DNA of 64,000 bases, from the NCBI GenBank assembly GCA_963748215.1, contig CAVVHS010000002.1, positions 192,001-256,000 on the forward strand, given 5' to 3'. Origin of the DNA: an uncultured Gammaproteobacteria bacterium (GTDB lineage Bacteria; Pseudomonadota; Gammaproteobacteria; UBA9214). Position 1 is the first letter of the stretch; each line of letters opens with the position of its first letter. Made by a program: the position numbers and the translations under genes. The notes under the pieces are model-generated. The model was not told the DNA's origin. It ran no database searches and was given only the letters and a program-made list of their open reading frames with translations. This document shows positions 28,118 to 38,164 of the stretch, piece after piece.

Positions 28118-29019
28118 GCCGTTGTCTCCGCGGCCATCGGGAAGCCGAGCGCTTCGCGGCGTGCGTAATAGGCCTCCGCCACCTGGCGCGACAGCGTGCG
28201 CACCCGCAGGATGAAGCGTTGTCGCTCGGTGACCGAGATGGCGCCGCGTGCGTCGAGCAGGTTGAAGGTGTGCGACGCCTTCAGTACCTGTTCGTAGGCC
28301 GGCAGCGGCAGGCCGGCCTCGATGAGCCGGTTGCTTTCGCGTTCACAGACATCGAACCACTGCAGCAGCGACTCGACGTCGGCCTGCTCGAAATTATAGG
28401 CCGACATCTCGACCTCGTTCTGGTGATAGACGTCGCGGTAGGTGATCGGGCCGTCCGGCCCCTGCGTCCATACCAGGTCGAACACACTTTCCACTTCCTG
28501 CAGGTACATCGCGATACGTTCCAGGCCGTAGGTGATCTCGCCTGTCACCGGCCGGCACTCCAGACCACCGACCTGCTGGAAGTAGGTGAACTGGGTGACC
28601 TCCATGCCGTTCAGCCAGACCTCCCAGCCCAGTCCCCAGGCACCCAGCGTGGGCGACTCCCAGTTGTCCTCGACGAAGCGCACGTCATGCACCAGGGTAT
28701 CGATGCCGAGTTCGCGCAGCGAGTCGAGGTACAGTTCCTGTATGTCCAGAGGCGATGGCTTCAGCACCACCTGGAACTGGTAGTAGTGCTGCAGGCGATT
28801 GGGGTTCTCGCCGTAGCGGCCGTCGGTCGGGCGCCGCGAGGGTTGGACATAGGCAGCACGCCATGTCTCCGGCCCGATCGCACGCAGGAACGTGGCGGGG
28901 TGAAATGTGCCGGCACCGACCTCCATGTCATACGGCTGCAGCAGGGCGCAGCCCTGGCGGCCCCAGTACTGCTGCAAAGACAGGATCAGGTCCTGGAATG
29001 TACTCGGTGTATCGGACAC
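28114..29019 (-). CDS. glyQ: Glycine-tRNA ligase alpha subunit
   Basis: [33 protein letters not shown] start at 29019. Confidence 0.97.
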   Translation of the reverse strand: MSDTPSTFQDLILSLQQYWGRQGCALLQPYDMEVGAGTFHPATFLRAIGPETWRAAYVQPSRRPTDGRYGENPNRLQHYYQFQVVLKPSPLDIQELYLDSLRELGIDTLVHDVRFVEDNWESPTLGAWGLGWEVWLNGMEVTQFTYFQQVGGLECRPVTGEITYGLERIAMYLQEVESVFDLVWTQGPDGPITYRDVYHQNEVEMSAYNFEQADVESLLQWFDVCERESNRLIEAGLPLPAYEQVLKASHTFNLLDARGAISVTERQRFILRVRTLSRQVAEAYYARREALGFPMAAETTA

Positions 29020-29345
29020 GGTTCGATTCGCTGCGTTCAAGGCACGGCAGTATAGCCCGATGCGCCGGAATTTTTCACCAAGTCGTTCAGCCCGCCTGTT
29101 GCACGAGTCGGCCGGAGGCCGGCCTTTAACTGTTTGAGTCGTGTCTTGCCCGTAACCCGGCAAATTTCCAGGTGCCGTATATCACCGGCCCGCGGTCTGT
29201 GCGGCTGTGCGGGCCCTGGCCTGTCCACGAACGGCGGGACTTGCCCTATTCAGGAAAGTGAGACCGTGCCGCGGTCGTGAGGCGGGGCCGGGCCATAGCG
29301 GGAGCGGCCGGCGTCCCGGATAGCGGTGCACCCTGCGGCTGGTGG

Positions 29346-29361
29346 CCGGCAAAATTGCCGG
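29346..29361. promoter_or_regulatory. Palindrome, candidate regulator-binding site
   Basis: CCGGCAA-AA-TTGCCGG in the long divergent interval between glyQ and the hypothetical gene. Confidence 0.35.
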
Positions 29362-29477
29362 TGTTGCCGTGACTTGATCGAGGCTTCTGTGCTATGAGGA
29401 AACTACAGGGGCCGATCGATCTAAAGCCAGGACGGTCGATGGTCGACCTGCTATATGTATAGCGGTGGAGAAGTCAT

Positions 29478-30044
29478 ATGGCGCAGCTGATTCTGGAGCC
29501 CACATCCGTTGCACAATGGCAGGCGCTGGTGCAGGAGGCGCAATCCGCGTGCGACCGTACTATCGACGAGACGCTGGAAAGCTATCTCGTGTTCCTGCTC
29601 ATGCGCTTCACCGACCGGCCGCATTGCACCGCGCGTGTCATGGCGCAGGATTTTCTCGAATCGCAGCACCTCTCCGGCACGCACCGTCTTGATCGCCTGC
29701 GCGAGGTCGGTGACCATTGCCTGCTGTTCTCGGGCCTGTTCCCGCAACTGGCCGAGCGTCGCCTGGTGCGCGTCAGCTACTTCGTGAACATCGGGCGCAA
29801 CTCCTACCAGCAGCTGTCCGCGGTGCTGGATCGCGGCGTGTCGAGTGTCTACGGGCACCTGTCCGATGCCTTCATAGTCCTGATGGACATACTGCAGGCA
29901 ATGCGTGAGCTGGGCGGCGATACGCTGCTGACGCCGATCCAGGCCATGGAACTCTGGCAGGAGACCGGCAGCCGCCGCTGCTACCGGCAGGTCTGCAGGG
30001 ACGGCCATGCCGTACCGGTTCCCGGCCAGCGCGATACCCACTGA
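29478..30044 (+). CDS. Hypothetical all-alpha protein
   Basis: GGAG RBS and host-like codon bias; motif LREVGDHCLLFSGLFP...SYFVNIGRNSY. Confidence 0.85.
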   Translation: MAQLILEPTSVAQWQALVQEAQSACDRTIDETLESYLVFLLMRFTDRPHCTARVMAQDFLESQHLSGTHRLDRLREVGDHCLLFSGLFPQLAERRLVRVSYFVNIGRNSYQQLSAVLDRGVSSVYGHLSDAFIVLMDILQAMRELGGDTLLTPIQAMELWQETGSRRCYRQVCRDGHAVPVPGQRDTH

Positions 30045-30202
30045 ATCCCTGTCTTAATTACATATCCGCACCACGCATGGGTTAGAATGCCTGTTGCGTG
30101 ACAGATTGACGGCACGCGGCATTGAACGTGATATTGCCGGCCGGAATGCCGCACGCGCAGCGACTTGTCCCTGAAATATTTTATCCATCAGTGTTTGCAA
30201 TC

Positions 30203-31246
30203 ATGACTAATCCGCGTAAAGCCGTTGCGCTGATATCCGGCGGGCTCGACTCGATGCTGGCCGCGCGCGTCGTCATGGACCAGGGCGTGCACGTGGAGGG
30301 CATCAACTTCTTCACCGGTTTCTGTGTCGAGGGGCATACGCATGCCATCCGCAAGCAGAACCGCGAGCGCCCCAAGCGCAACAACGCGCTGTGGAGCGCC
30401 GAACAGCTCGGCATCAAGCTGCACATCATCGATATCATCGACGAGTACAAGGACGTCGTTATCAACCCGAAACACGGTTACGGCGCGAACCTCAATCCCT
30501 GCCTGGACTGCAAGATTTTCATGGTCAACAAGGCGCGTGAATGGATGGATGCGCACGGTTTTGACTTCATCATCACCGGCGAGGTCGTCGGGCAGCGTCC
30601 CATGTCGCAGCGCAAGAACACCATGCCGATGGTGGCGCGCAATTCCGGTGCGCAGGACCGGCTGCTGCGTCCCTTGTGCGCGAAAAACCTGCCACCTACG
30701 CTGCCCGAGCTTGAAGGCTGGCTCGACCGCGAGCGGTTGCACGGTTTCGGCGGTCGCTCGCGCAAGCCGCAGATCGCGCTCGCGGCACGCTATGGTATCG
30801 AGGATTTCGCGCAACCGGCCGGTGGCTGCTGTTTCCTCACCGACCGGCAGTATGCCGTCAAGCTGGAGGACCTCTGGAAAACGCGGGGCCGGCGTGATTA
30901 CGAACTCGATGACATCATGCTGCTCAAGGTCGGTCGTCACCTGCGGCCGCGCCCGCATTTCAAGATTATCGTCGGGCGCGAGGAAGGCGAGAACCACTTC
31001 CTGGAAGGCTATCGCAAGCGCTTCGTGCACATGTTTCCGGTCAGCCACGTTGGCCCGATGGTATTGCTCGATGGCGAGGTCGGCGCGGAGGATATCGAAC
31101 TTGCCGCACGCCTGACCGCGCGCTTCAGCAAGGGCCGCGATGCGGGGTGGGTCAGCGTCGAAGTGAATGACTTGACCGGGTCGACGCGTACCATCGACGT
31201 CGTACCCATGCCGACCGGCCAGATTCCGCAGGAGTGGTACCTGTGA
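30203..31246 (+). CDS. PP-loop tRNA thiouridylase-like protein (ThiI/MnmA-related) with a probable C-terminal NFACT-R/DUF814-like domain
   Basis: SGGLDS PP-loop, PCLDCK, TGEVVGQRPMSQ, PAGGCC, GRHLR...IIVGREEGEN. Confidence 0.8.
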   Translation: MTNPRKAVALISGGLDSMLAARVVMDQGVHVEGINFFTGFCVEGHTHAIRKQNRERPKRNNALWSAEQLGIKLHIIDIIDEYKDVVINPKHGYGANLNPCLDCKIFMVNKAREWMDAHGFDFIITGEVVGQRPMSQRKNTMPMVARNSGAQDRLLRPLCAKNLPPTLPELEGWLDRERLHGFGGRSRKPQIALAARYGIEDFAQPAGGCCFLTDRQYAVKLEDLWKTRGRRDYELDDIMLLKVGRHLRPRPHFKIIVGREEGENHFLEGYRKRFVHMFPVSHVGPMVLLDGEVGAEDIELAARLTARFSKGRDAGWVSVEVNDLTGSTRTIDVVPMPTGQIPQEWYL

Positions 31247-31473
31247 GTGCGCGTGTCATCGATGCACGCAACCTGCTGTGTCCGCTGCCGGTGATAAGGA
31301 CCCAGGATGCTGTGGCGGAATGCATGCCGGGGGACGCGCTGCAGGTGCGCTGCACTGACCCCGGTGTTGTGCACGACATCCCGGCCTGGTGTCGTGTGCA
31401 TGGCCACACGGTGCACGGGATCACGCACGAGGATCGCGAAATCATCATCGATATCACCGTCGGGAAAGACTGA
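31243..31473 (+). CDS. TusA/SirA-family sulfur carrier
   Basis: IDARNLLCPLPV motif; GTGA overlap with the upstream gene. Confidence 0.9.
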   Translation: MSARVIDARNLLCPLPVIRTQDAVAECMPGDALQVRCTDPGVVHDIPAWCRVHGHTVHGITHEDREIIIDITVGKD

Positions 31474-31482
31474 CCGGACATC

Positions 31483-32649
31483 ATGGGCCACACGCATCTG
31501 CCGGATCCGCGCCACGTGCGCTATAGCGAAATCCGCAAGGTCACGCTGATCGGATCGGTAGTCGACCTTGTGCTGGGCGTCGTCAAGATCGCGGTTGGTC
31601 TGTTCGCCAGCTCGCAGGCGCTGGTCGCCGATGGTGTGCATTCGCTGTCGGACCTGGCAACCGACTTCCTGGTTATTTTTGCGGCCAAGCATGCCCACCG
31701 CGAGGCCGACGAGGAGCATCCCTACGGTCACGGGCGCATCGAAACGGTTGCCACCGTAGTGCTCGGCAGCGTGCTCACAATCGTTGCAGTCGGCATCAGC
31801 ATCGATGCCTTGCGGCGCCTGGCGTCCGAGGAGGCCATGCTGGTGCATGGCATGTGGGCACTGGCTGTTGCGCTGCTCTCGGTTGCCTCGAAGGAATATA
31901 TCTACCACTACACGGTGCGTGTGGCGCGCCGCCTGCGTTCCAACATGCTGCATGCGAATGCCTGGCACAGCCGCAGCGATGCGATTTCGTCGATCATCGT
32001 GGTCATCGGTGTGGGCGGTGCCATGGCAGGATTTCACTACCTGGACGAGGTGGCCGCGATTGCGGTGGCGCTGATGATCGCCAAGATCGGCTGGGACCTG
32101 CTGTGGACGAGCCTGCAGGAACTGATCGACAGGGCGCTGGAGCCGGAACTGGTAGAGGACATTCGCCAGCGGATCCTGGAGGTGAACGGCGTGCGCGCCT
32201 GTCATATGCTGCGCACGCGCAGCAGCGGCAGTGATTCGCTGGTCGATGTGCATATCCAGGTAGATCCCATGCTGAGCGTTTCGGAAGGTCACCAGATCGG
32301 CGAGCGGGTACGCAAGCAGCTGATCAGCGAAGTCGAGCATGTCGCGGATGTCACCGTGCACATCGATCCCGAGGATGACGAGCTGGCCTCGCCCTGTGAC
32401 CAGTTGCCGTTGCGTGATGTCGTGCTGGCGCGTCTCGCGGAGCAGTGGCAGGGGCTGGACCAGGATCAATGGCTGGAACGGGTCGTCTTGCATTACCTCG
32501 ACGGCAAGGTGCACGTGGACGTGTTCGTGCGCAGGCTTGACCTGGCGCCGGAAGCACGTGCCAGGCTGTCCGCGACAATCCGTGAACGTGCGGGACAGGC
32601 GAATGAGGTCGGTGAAGTGCTGGTTTATTTCGGCGAGCGAGCGCCCTGA
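31483..32649 (+). CDS. Cation diffusion facilitator (FieF-like) transporter
   Basis: SQALVADGVHSLSD, HPYGHGRIE, AWHSRSD. Confidence 0.93.
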   Translation: MGHTHLPDPRHVRYSEIRKVTLIGSVVDLVLGVVKIAVGLFASSQALVADGVHSLSDLATDFLVIFAAKHAHREADEEHPYGHGRIETVATVVLGSVLTIVAVGISIDALRRLASEEAMLVHGMWALAVALLSVASKEYIYHYTVRVARRLRSNMLHANAWHSRSDAISSIIVVIGVGGAMAGFHYLDEVAAIAVALMIAKIGWDLLWTSLQELIDRALEPELVEDIRQRILEVNGVRACHMLRTRSSGSDSLVDVHIQVDPMLSVSEGHQIGERVRKQLISEVEHVADVTVHIDPEDDELASPCDQLPLRDVVLARLAEQWQGLDQDQWLERVVLHYLDGKVHVDVFVRRLDLAPEARARLSATIRERAGQANEVGEVLVYFGERAP

Positions 32650-32688
32650 AATGGTGCGCCTGGGCGAAGAAACGCACTGAAATGGTGC
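32642..32688. promoter_or_regulatory. Tandem NtrC enhancer sites for glnA
   Basis: CGCCCTGAAATGGTGCG (32642-32658) and CGCACTGAAATGGTGCG (32672-32688), 30 bp apart, resembling TGCACCA-N3-TGGTGCA. Confidence 0.8.
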
Positions 32689-32752
32689 GCCTCCAGTAGC
32701 GCAAGGACACGTAACCCCGTGAAATATTTACGTATACCGGTGAAATGGCCCA

Positions 32753-32768
32753 TGGCATAATTCCTGCT
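32753..32768 (+). promoter_or_regulatory. sigma54 (-24/-12) promoter of glnA
   Basis: TGGCATAATTCCTGCT has GG-N10-GC spacing and lies downstream of the NtrC sites. Confidence 0.8.
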
Positions 32769-32874
32769 TTGTAACAGAACAAGAATCGCAAGATTTTTCA
32801 GGCTGCCACGCCCGCCGGTTGGCAAGGCGTCGCAGGTGACTTTATTCTCAGTGCCTTTATCTGGAGGGGTAGTA

Positions 32875-34284
32875 ATGTCTGCAACCAAAGTTTTAAAGAC
32901 CATCAAGGACAACAAGGTCAAGTACCTCGATATGCGTTTCACCGATACCATCGGCAAGGAACAGCACGTGACCCTGCCGGCCGGCATCATTGGCGCGGAT
33001 TTTTTCAAGGACGGCAAGATGTTCGACGGCTCCAGTATTGCCGGCTGGAAGGGCATCAACGAGTCCGACATGGTCCTGATGCCTGACACCGACACCGCCG
33101 TGATGGATCTGTTCAGCGATGAGCCGACCCTGATTGTCCGTTGCGACATTCTCGAACCGAATACCATGCAGGGCTATGATCGTGACCCGCGTTCGATCGG
33201 ACGCCGCGCCGAAGAGTACCTGAAGTCCACCAAGGTTGCCGATACCGCCTACTTCGGTCCGGAACCGGAGTTTTTCGTACTGGACGATGTGCGCTGGGGT
33301 TCCGACATGAGCGGTTCCTTCTGCAAGGTCGATTCCGAAGAGGCCTCCTGGAATGCCGAACGCGTCTACGAGGATGGCAATATCGGCCACCGGCCGACCG
33401 TCAAGGGCGGTTACTTCCCGGTGCCGCCGGTCGATTCGCTGCACGATCTGCGTGGCGCGATGTGTCTGGCACTGGAAGAGATGGGTGTGGCGGTAGAAGT
33501 TCACCATCATGAAGTGGCCACCGCCGGCCAGTGCGAGATCGGCACCCGCTTCGATACGCTGGTGCGCCGTGCCGACATGAACCAGATCCTGAAATACGTG
33601 GTGCAGAATGTTGCACACGGTTACGGCAAGACCGCCACGTTCATGCCCAAACCGATTGTGGGTGACAACGGCAGCGGCATGCACGTGCACCAGTCACTGG
33701 CCAAGGCCGGCAAGAACCTGTTTACCGGTAACAAGTACGGTGGCCTGTCCCAGCAGGCGCTGTACTACATCGGCGGAATCTTCAAGCACGCTCGCGCGAT
33801 CAATGCCTTCACCAATCCGAGTACCAACAGCTACAAGCGCCTGGTGCCGGGCTTCGAGGCACCGGTCATGCTGGCCTACTCGGCGAGCAACCGTTCCGCT
33901 TCGATCCGTATTCCGTTCGATTCCAATCCGAAGGGGCGTCGTATCGAGGTGCGGTTCCCGGACCCGATGTGCAATCCCTACCTCGGTTTCTCGGCCATGA
34001 TGATGGCCGGCCTGGACGGCATTCTGAACAAGATCGATCCGGGCGACGCCCTGGACAAGGACCTGTACGACCTGCCGCGCGAAGAGGCGAAGAAGATCCC
34101 GACGGTGTGCAATTCACTCGACCAGGCGCTGGATTATCTTCACAAGGACCGCAAGTTCCTCACCGCCGGTGGTGTATTCAGCGACAACATGATCGATGCC
34201 TACATCGACCTGAAGATGAAAGACGTCACGCGCCTGCGCATGACCACCCATCCGGTTGAATTCGACATGTACTACAGCCTCTGA
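32875..34284 (+). CDS. glnA: Glutamine synthetase type I
   Basis: [26 protein letters not shown], adenylylation site DKDLYDL. Confidence 0.99.
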   Translation: MSATKVLKTIKDNKVKYLDMRFTDTIGKEQHVTLPAGIIGADFFKDGKMFDGSSIAGWKGINESDMVLMPDTDTAVMDLFSDEPTLIVRCDILEPNTMQGYDRDPRSIGRRAEEYLKSTKVADTAYFGPEPEFFVLDDVRWGSDMSGSFCKVDSEEASWNAERVYEDGNIGHRPTVKGGYFPVPPVDSLHDLRGAMCLALEEMGVAVEVHHHEVATAGQCEIGTRFDTLVRRADMNQILKYVVQNVAHGYGKTATFMPKPIVGDNGSGMHVHQSLAKAGKNLFTGNKYGGLSQQALYYIGGIFKHARAINAFTNPSTNSYKRLVPGFEAPVMLAYSASNRSASIRIPFDSNPKGRRIEVRFPDPMCNPYLGFSAMMMAGLDGILNKIDPGDALDKDLYDLPREEAKKIPTVCNSLDQALDYLHKDRKFLTAGGVFSDNMIDAYIDLKMKDVTRLRMTTHPVEFDMYYSL

Positions 34285-34307
34285 ACCGGGCAACAGCACG
34301 ATAGACT

Positions 34308-34333
34308 AAAGCGCCCTTCGGGGCGCTTTTTTT
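34308..34333 (+). terminator. Rho-independent terminator after glnA
   Basis: AAAGCGCCC-TTCG-GGGCGC followed by TTTTTTT. Confidence 0.9.
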
Positions 34334-34515
34334 GTCCATGGCTGCCGGCAACCCCCATGCGGCACCCTGCGTGTCGACCGAATTTCTCTTAATTACCAGC
34401 CGTAAAAGGCATTTTCCGGAACTTTCGCCCAATCCTGGCGTCGCTTACTTGACCCATACCCGGAAAAGCCTGATAACCTAACTATTACGTAACAAGCGGA
34501 AGCAGGGCGCTAACC

Positions 34516-35202
34516 ATGAAATATATTGCATGCATGCTGGTAATGCTGGCGGCCACGGCACAGGCCGAGGTCTATAAATCCATCAATGCCAACGGCGAGG
34601 TGATCTACAGCGATATACCGACGCAGGGTGCAAAACAGGTAGAAATGCCTGAGCTGCCAACCTACACGCCGACACCGCTGCCGGTTGCTCCGCCTCCGGT
34701 GCCCGCCGCAACACAGTCGGTCGTTGACGCATACAACAGCATTGCGCTGACCAGGCCAGGCGCCGACGAAACTATCCGCAGCAACGCCGGTATCATCAAT
34801 GTGTCGGCAACGCTGGAACCGGCGTTGCAGGTCGAAGCCGGGCACCGCATCCAGTTCTTCCTGGATGGCAAGCCGGAGGGCAAGCCGGTTGCGCGGTTGT
34901 CCGCAAGCTTCAGGAACGTCAATCGGGGCACACACGCCATTGCCGCCGCCGTGTTAGATGAAAATGGTGAATCCCTCATCAATGCCGCGCCCGTTACGGT
35001 CCATATCCTGCGTGCGTCCATCCAGCAGCCGAACAATCCGCTCAATCCTGCCAACAAGCCCGATACCGATGACAGCAGCAGTAACAGCAGCGGTGGTTCA
35101 GGTGCCAGCAGCGGCGGCAGCACATCCGGCAGCACGTCCAGCAGCACGTCCAGCAGCAGTACTGGCAGCACCGGCAGTGTGTCACGGCCGAAAGGTTTCT
35201 GA
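34516..35202 (+). CDS. Secreted DUF4124-domain protein with a Ser/Gly/Thr-rich tail
   Basis: Signal peptide ending AQA, EVYKSINANGEVIYSDIP, Ig-like C-terminal domain; common position between glnA and glnL. Confidence 0.85.
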   Translation: MKYIACMLVMLAATAQAEVYKSINANGEVIYSDIPTQGAKQVEMPELPTYTPTPLPVAPPPVPAATQSVVDAYNSIALTRPGADETIRSNAGIINVSATLEPALQVEAGHRIQFFLDGKPEGKPVARLSASFRNVNRGTHAIAAAVLDENGESLINAAPVTVHILRASIQQPNNPLNPANKPDTDDSSSNSSGGSGASSGGSTSGSTSSSTSSSSTGSTGSVSRPKGF

Positions 35203-35265
35203 CCGCCGTCCTGTCAGCCGTTCCCGCTGCAATTCCCGAACGGCGGTCTGATCACAAATCGCTGG

Positions 35266-35294
35266 CCAGTATGCACCATTATGGTGCATACTGG
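35266..35294. promoter_or_regulatory. NtrC site at the glnL promoter
   Basis: Perfect TGCACCA-TTA-TGGTGCA (35272-35288) inside a palindrome with 13-bp arms. Confidence 0.85.
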
Positions 35295-35432
35295 GGTGCA
35301 TCTGGCGTCATCCCTGCCGGCGATGGTATTCGGCGAATTTTTCATCATATTGTTTTACAAGTTAATTTTTGTTGACCTATCGCGCCGCGGGTGATTGCCC
35401 GATTCTGGTTTGTTTTTTGCAGTGGTCACTGT

Positions 35433-36515
35433 ATGCCAATGGATATACCAGCCCCCAGCATCGCGGCCGAACGGATACTCGACAATCTGAGCACGGCAGT
35501 GCTGGTGTTCGACAGCCAGCTGCGACTCGTGTACCTCAACCAGGCGGGCGAAATCATGCTGGCGCACAGCGCGCGCTATGCCTGTGGCCGCTCCGTGCAT
35601 GAACTGGTAACCAATGCCGGGATGCTGGTCGATCAGCTGGCAGGTGCGATAACCCGGCAGCAGGTGATTTCGAAGCGCGGTTGCCTGCTGGAGTTACCGG
35701 ACACACCTCACCTGCGCGTCAACTGCACCTTCACGCCCCTTATCGAGGCGGGCATCGGAACACTCGTGCAACTCGAGTTGCGCCAGGTCGACCATCAGTT
35801 GCGCGTTGAACAGGACGAGTTGCTGATAAACCAGCAGCAGGCAGCCCATGCGCTGGTGCGCGGACTGGCGCACGAGATCAAGAACCCGCTCGGTGGCCTG
35901 CGCGGTGCGGCGCAGTTGCTGGAGCGCGAAATCACCGACACATCGCTGAAAGAATACACACATATCATCATCGGTGAAGCCGATCGCCTCCAGGCATTGA
36001 TGGACCGTATGCTGGGACCGAACAGCCTGCCGAATCCGCAGCTGGTCAATATTCACCAGGTACTGGAGCGGGTGCGCGACCTGGTACAGGTCGAGGCCGG
36101 TGAAGACCTCGTGATTCACCAGGATTACGACCCCAGTCTGCCCGACCTCAATGCCGATGCCGATCAGCTGATCCAGGCCATACTGAACATCATGCGCAAT
36201 GCCAACCAGGCACTCGATGGCAAGGGTGTAATCACCCTGCGCACGCGTGTTTCGCGTAATTTCAATATCGGTACGCGCAAGCACCGGCTGGTCGCGCGCA
36301 TCGAAATAACCGACAACGGCCCGGGGATCGACGAAGAATTGCGCAAGAAGATTTTCTATCCCATGGTCACCAACCGCAGCAACGGTTCCGGGCTGGGTCT
36401 GTCCATTGCACAGGCCCTGGTCAGCCGGCATCACGGCTTGATCGAGTGCACCAGCCAGCCCGGAGAAACCACGTTCACTATTCTGTTACCACTGGATGAT
36501 TCGCATGGAACATAG
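35433..36515 (+). CDS. glnL: Nitrogen regulation sensor kinase NtrB
   Basis: PAS domain, LAHEIKNPLGGLRGAAQLL H-box, DNGPG, GSGLGLSI. Confidence 0.96.
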   Translation: MPMDIPAPSIAAERILDNLSTAVLVFDSQLRLVYLNQAGEIMLAHSARYACGRSVHELVTNAGMLVDQLAGAITRQQVISKRGCLLELPDTPHLRVNCTFTPLIEAGIGTLVQLELRQVDHQLRVEQDELLINQQQAAHALVRGLAHEIKNPLGGLRGAAQLLEREITDTSLKEYTHIIIGEADRLQALMDRMLGPNSLPNPQLVNIHQVLERVRDLVQVEAGEDLVIHQDYDPSLPDLNADADQLIQAILNIMRNANQALDGKGVITLRTRVSRNFNIGTRKHRLVARIEITDNGPGIDEELRKKIFYPMVTNRSNGSGLGLSIAQALVSRHHGLIECTSQPGETTFTILLPLDDSHGT

Positions 36516-37908
36516 CGACAAGGTTTTCGTAATCGATGATGACAGGTCTATACGCTGGGTGCTTGAGAAAGCGCTCGCGGCGGCGGATCTGCAGGTCGAG
36601 AGTTTTGATTCCGGCGATACGGCGCTGGTTGCTATCGATCGCAAGGAACCGGCCGCGATCGTGACGGACATACGCATGCCGGGCATCGACGGTCTGGAAC
36701 TGCTCGAACGCATCCGGGTAGCGCACCCCGAGTTGCCGGTAATCATCATGACCGCGCACTCCGACCTCGACAGCGCCGTAGCCGCCTTCAAGGGCGGGGC
36801 ATTCGAGTACCTGCCCAAGCCATTCGATATCGACGATGCCGTCGCGCTCGTATGCCGCGCCCTCGAGGCGCGCGTTCAGCAGCCGGCGCCGGCTGCTGCA
36901 ACAGATGCGCGGCGGGTGCCCGAGATAATCGGCAAGGCACCGGCTATGCAGGAAGTGTTTCGGGCCATCGGCCGGCTGGCCAACTCCAACGCGACCGTTC
37001 TGATCAACGGTGAATCGGGCACCGGCAAGGAACTGGTGGCGCTGGCGCTGCATCGACACAGCCAGCGTGCCGACAAACCCTTCGTGGCGCTCAACATGGC
37101 CGCGATTCCGCGTGACCTGCTCGAGTCGGAACTGTTCGGGCATGAACGCGGCGCCTTTACCGGTGCGCAGAGCCGGCGTACCGGACGCTTTGAACAGGCC
37201 GATGGCGGCACGCTGATGCTGGATGAGATCGGTGACATGCCGGCGGAACTGCAAACCCGTTTGTTGCGGGTGCTCGCAGACGGGGAGTTCTACCCGGTCG
37301 GTGCGCATACGCCGAAGAAGGTCGATGTGCGCATCATCGCCGCTACCCACCAGGACCTGGAGACGCTGGTCAAACAGGGCGGGTTCCGCGAGGATCTGTT
37401 CCATCGGCTCAATGTCATACGGCTGCAACTGCCGCCATTACGCGAACGTCGCGAAGACATTCCCGGGCTGCTCGAGCATTTCCTGGCCCAGGCGGCCATC
37501 GAACTCGCCGTGGAGGCAAAGACACTATCGCGTGATGCGATGGCTTATCTGGTAAAGCTGGGCTGGCCGGGCAATGTACGGCAGCTGGAGAACCTGTGCC
37601 GCTGGCTGACGGTCATGGCGCCGGGCCAGGAGATCCATCTCGAGGACCTACCTGACGATCTTGCCGGGGCGGCACGCGATGCACTGCCGGCTGGCAGCCA
37701 CTGGGAATCAACACTGCGGCTGTGGGCCCAGCAGCGGCTCGGCAGTGGTTCCAAACGCTTGCTGGACGATGCACTGCCGGCATTCGAGCGCACCCTGATC
37801 GAAGTTGCCTTGCAGCATACCGGTGGACGGCGTCAGGATGCGGCACGCCTGCTTGGCTGGGGGCGCAATACGCTTACGCGCAAGCTCAGGGAACTCGAAA
37901 TGAAATAG
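36505..37908 (+). CDS. glnG: Nitrogen regulation response regulator NtrC
   Basis: REC domain, GESGTGKE, GAFTGA, LGWGRNTLTRKL. Confidence 0.97.
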   Translation: MEHSDKVFVIDDDRSIRWVLEKALAAADLQVESFDSGDTALVAIDRKEPAAIVTDIRMPGIDGLELLERIRVAHPELPVIIMTAHSDLDSAVAAFKGGAFEYLPKPFDIDDAVALVCRALEARVQQPAPAAATDARRVPEIIGKAPAMQEVFRAIGRLANSNATVLINGESGTGKELVALALHRHSQRADKPFVALNMAAIPRDLLESELFGHERGAFTGAQSRRTGRFEQADGGTLMLDEIGDMPAELQTRLLRVLADGEFYPVGAHTPKKVDVRIIAATHQDLETLVKQGGFREDLFHRLNVIRLQLPPLRERREDIPGLLEHFLAQAAIELAVEAKTLSRDAMAYLVKLGWPGNVRQLENLCRWLTVMAPGQEIHLEDLPDDLAGAARDALPAGSHWESTLRLWAQQRLGSGSKRLLDDALPAFERTLIEVALQHTGGRRQDAARLLGWGRNTLTRKLRELEMK

Positions 37909-38164
37909 ACGTTGTCCTGCTTCGCGCCAGCATGACCAATACGCATTCAAATGAATGCGCCCTGCAACGCGAACTCAACGAACAACTGCCGGGCCAGAAG
38001 CCCGGCTGCATCATTTTCGCGAAGACCGTGAGGGCAGGGCGCAAGCTGCGAAAACGGCGTGCAGCTCAACTGGTGCCGTAAAAACCTGCAACGACGGCAG
38101 CCTCGAGGCAGCGGCGGCACCGCTGCCGGTACTGCGAGTAATATAAACAGCCGCTCAGTTTCCC

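Noticed and set aside
32820-32835. Second sigma54 promoter TGGCAAGGCGTCGCA before glnA
   Set aside because: GG-to-GC spacing is 9 nt rather than the required 10.
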